Shown: one piece after another, positions 60,972 through 64,000 of the stretch | Position numbering within the stretch: the stretch's first letter is position 1 | Layout: each line of letters starts with the position of its first letter | From: the human T2T-CHM13v2.0 reference genome, Homo sapiens | Assembly (NCBI RefSeq): GCF_009914755.1 | Contig: NC_060929.1 | Strand: one strand, 5' to 3' | DNA: 64,000 bases | Made by a program: the position numbers and the translations under genes | Notes under the pieces: model-generated | The model's database searches: none | What the model was told of the DNA's origin: nothing | Seen by the model: the letters and a program-made list of their open reading frames with translations, nothing else

Positions 60972-61266
60972 TTGTTTGTTTTGTTTTGTTGTTTTGGCTT
61001 TTAGAGACAAGGTCTGGCTCTGTCACCTAGGCTGGAGTGCAGTGGCGCAACCATAGCTCACTGCAGCCTCAAATTCCTGGGCCCAATAAACACTCCTGCT
61101 TCAATCTCCTATGTAGTTGAGACTACTGGCTTGTGCCACCAAGCCCAGCTAATTTTTTTATTATTTGTAGAGATGAGGGTAAGGCTATGTTTCCCAGGAT
61201 GGTCTCAAACTCTTGGCCTCAGCCAATCCTCCCACCTCAGCCTCCCAAGGTGCTGGGATTACAGGT
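60972..61266 (-). mobile_element. AluJ, slightly 5'-truncated
   Basis: catagctcactgcagcctc diagnostic; (tttg)n tail; TSD-like gtgggatgt / gtggggatgt. Confidence 0.9.
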
Positions 61267-62144
61267 GGGGATGTGGGCAAGATATGAGATAAAAATAAAT
61301 AGAACCCCATGGACTGATTGGCAACATTGTATATAAGTTTCCTTCACAGTGAAACTAGAAATCATCAATCTGTAATCAATGAGTTTTGTTTATAATCTTG
61401 GCAAGTAAAATAAATGTATGTAAATGTGAAGGTAAGGAAACCTGAGAACAACCAAGTCTAACCCAGAATGTAAACCTAGGTGGCAGGCATGGAATGTGAT
61501 CATTATGAAGAAAGGCATAATTTAATAAATTGTATTGTGCCTAACTGAATTACAAAATTGTTCAAATTGGAGTTCATGGCCAGGAACCTACAACAATAAC
61601 CCAGAAAAGGATGAGTCAGTGTTTACCCAGCACATTCTAAGAAAAGAGTCCTCTACCTGGAGGCTGTGGGAAGATCTACAGCCAGATTTGGAATATGTTG
61701 ACCTCACCAAGCAATTTCCATCCTTTAGACATTGTTTGGATGTAAGGGAAACAGGTGGTCTTCTACTTTGATATACTTAATCAGTTCTCCCAACTTCAGC
61801 AAAATAAATGCACAAGGAAAAAAAGAAAGTGTGTAAAACTCAGACCATAGTCTTTGAACTGGTAGCTACAGAATGATAATTTCAGTAACAAATAGAGAAT
61901 TCTGAAAGGTGAAGATGGGCTGAGACTAAAGTCGGTTTGGGCCATGTCAAGTTTTAGAGGCAAGTGAGAATACAAATATGTAGATCTCTGGAAGGTGACT
62001 GGAAACACTCACCTTCTAGATGACAGGAACTCCAGGTCTGGAGTTCATGGGAAAATGCTGATTAAAGAAAGGCCTATTTTATCTGAAGCTGTAAAATTGG
62101 TCAGATTGCCATGAGAACTAAACAGAAAACCAAGATGGAAGAAG

Positions 62145-62380
62145 AAGCTCATGTTTGCTGAGTATCTACCACATGTTTGGCACACCCCCAAGAGTTAATC
62201 ATGTTATAAATTTAACCTCACAACAATACTATAAGGAAAAAAATTACAAATACCATTTGTAAGAGAGCAAACAAGGGTTCCAAAAACTTACACGTACTTG
62301 CCAAGTTACAAGAGGTAGCACAACCAGGATTCACATGCCAGTCAAAAACCAGAAGCTTCTGTAATCTTTCAAATGCACAT
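62145..62380 (-). mobile_element. MIR
   Basis: tttgctgagtatctacc...tttaacctcacaacaa...cttgccaagttaca...ccaggattcac. Confidence 0.65.
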
Positions 62381-62622
62381 GCTAAAACACTGAGTTGTAA
62401 GACTGCCAACACACTCATTCTTAATTTTTATTGTTACGAAATCATTTTACAAGACTGAAAGCATAAATATAAATTTTGTATGAAGAGCCTAGAAAAGGCT
62501 TTATTCACCCGATTTTACATTTGAGGAAACATGCAGAAGGTCTACATTCAGTGAGTTCCAATCAGAAGTCTAATACTATCATTGGATAAATGTTATTGAA
62601 CCTCTATCATACATGGGAAATG

Positions 62623-62696
62623 AAAGCTACTAAGATCCCACTCTCAACAAATTTACAACAAAAGCTACCAAGAGCCCACCCTCAACAAATTTACAA
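62623..62696 (+). repeat. 38-bp diverged tandem duplication
   Basis: aaagctac(t/c)aaga(t/g)cccac(t/c)ctcaacaaatttacaa at 62623 and 62661. Confidence 0.85.
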
Positions 62697-62938
62697 TCCT
62701 AGCTGGAGGTATGATACATATATACATAAGAAAACTAACAATACCAGATAGTATATGATAAACTATTGGAGTCATATATTTACATTGTTTCAAATAACTG
62801 GCTGCTCCAAATATCACTCTAGCATTTAGATTGTTCCCCATAAATGAGTCACTGAAGGCTAAAATGTCTAATAGTAAACTTCTCTAAGAAAGTATATTCA
62901 AATCTCTATTATTTTCTCATGCAATATATGCAATATGG

Positions 62939-63312
62939 TATATTAGCCCATTCTGGCATTACTATAAAGAAATACCTGAAACTGGGTAATTTGTTTAAAA
63001 AAGGGGTTTAATTGGCTCACAGTTTTTCAGGCAGTACAGGAAGCATGGCTGGAGAGGCCTCAGGAAACTTTCAATCATGGCAAAAGAAGCAGGCACATCT
63101 TACATGGCCAGAGCAGGAGGAAGACAGAGAAGGGGGAGGTGCCACATACTTTTAAACAACAAGATCTCCTGAGAACTCACCACTGTCATGAGAACAACAA
63201 GGGAAAAACACACTCCCATGATCCCATCACCTCCCACCAGGCCCTTCCTCCAACACTGGGGATTACAATTCAGTATGAGATTTGGGCAGGGACACAAATC
63301 CAAACCATATCA
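62939..63312 (-). mobile_element. MSTA-like solo LTR
   Basis: tattagcccattctggcattactataaagaaatacctga...gacacaaatccaaaccatatca; perfect TSD tatgg 62934-62938 / 63313-63317. Confidence 0.92.
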
Positions 63313-64000
63313 TATGGAATCACAACGTTGTCATGGAGTATTTGCTTTCACCCATTACATATTTATCTATCTAAGCATGCCTATTTACTCTTATTACATC
63401 ATTACTAAGTCATTGGTTCAACATGTCAGGTCATAGGCACCTGAAGTATGTTAAACATTGTGTTAGGCTCCAGAGATAAGAAGATGAAGAGAGTATTGTT
63501 CTTACCCGAGAGGGGCTCACAGGGTCACAGGGAGAATACAGCATAGTTAGTTATCACATGGCTCACTAGAAACATACTCCACAGTTTACAGCAAATTGTG
63601 CATTTACACTAAATACACATTTCAACATGTTTTTTAAAAAGTATGCTTTTTGATCTAGGGAAATTACAGACTTCTGATTGGAACCAGTATTAATAAGATG
63701 CCAAGGCAAATATATCCTTTGCAGAAAACTAAAATTTCCTGGCATATTTGCCACAAGACTAGGATAAAAAAAATTATACAAGGAAACATTTTTTTTTAAT
63801 GCAGCATCTTTATACCATGTTTTGAAGTAATCCTTAATGAATGTGGTCGTATTTTCTGATTGGAATGAATCCACTTTACAACTTTTAAAGATAAGAACAA
63901 GCATTCATATGTGTACCAGAAAACTGAAACAGAAAAAGTAGGGAAACAAACAATAACAAAAGATTTTAGAGGTCAGATAATTAAAGAGCAGGATTCTGTG

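Overview
Primate (most likely human or great-ape) non-coding DNA; I recognise no cellular protein-coding exon. About 1-24 kb is an almost continuous stack of + strand LINE-1s: the 3' part of an L1PA3-like copy, an internally deleted L1PB-like copy, a full-length L1MA4-like copy and a full-length L1PA14/PREC2-like copy inserted at its tail, with nested Alus, a solo THE1 LTR and a complete THE1D-like element. About 24-30 kb holds microsatellites, a tRNA-Gly 5'-half retrocopy and older repeats; 30-41 kb is repeat-poor unique sequence with a CpG-rich Z-DNA-prone microsatellite; 41-64 kb is a patchwork of MaLR LTRs, L2, MIR, Alu, a 5'-inverted L1 and a 5'-truncated L1PA4/5. I found no convincing new biological system; the most interesting signals are retrotransposition and template-switch footprints. 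Subfamily names are from recalled consensus features and need RepeatMasker/Dfam confirmation.
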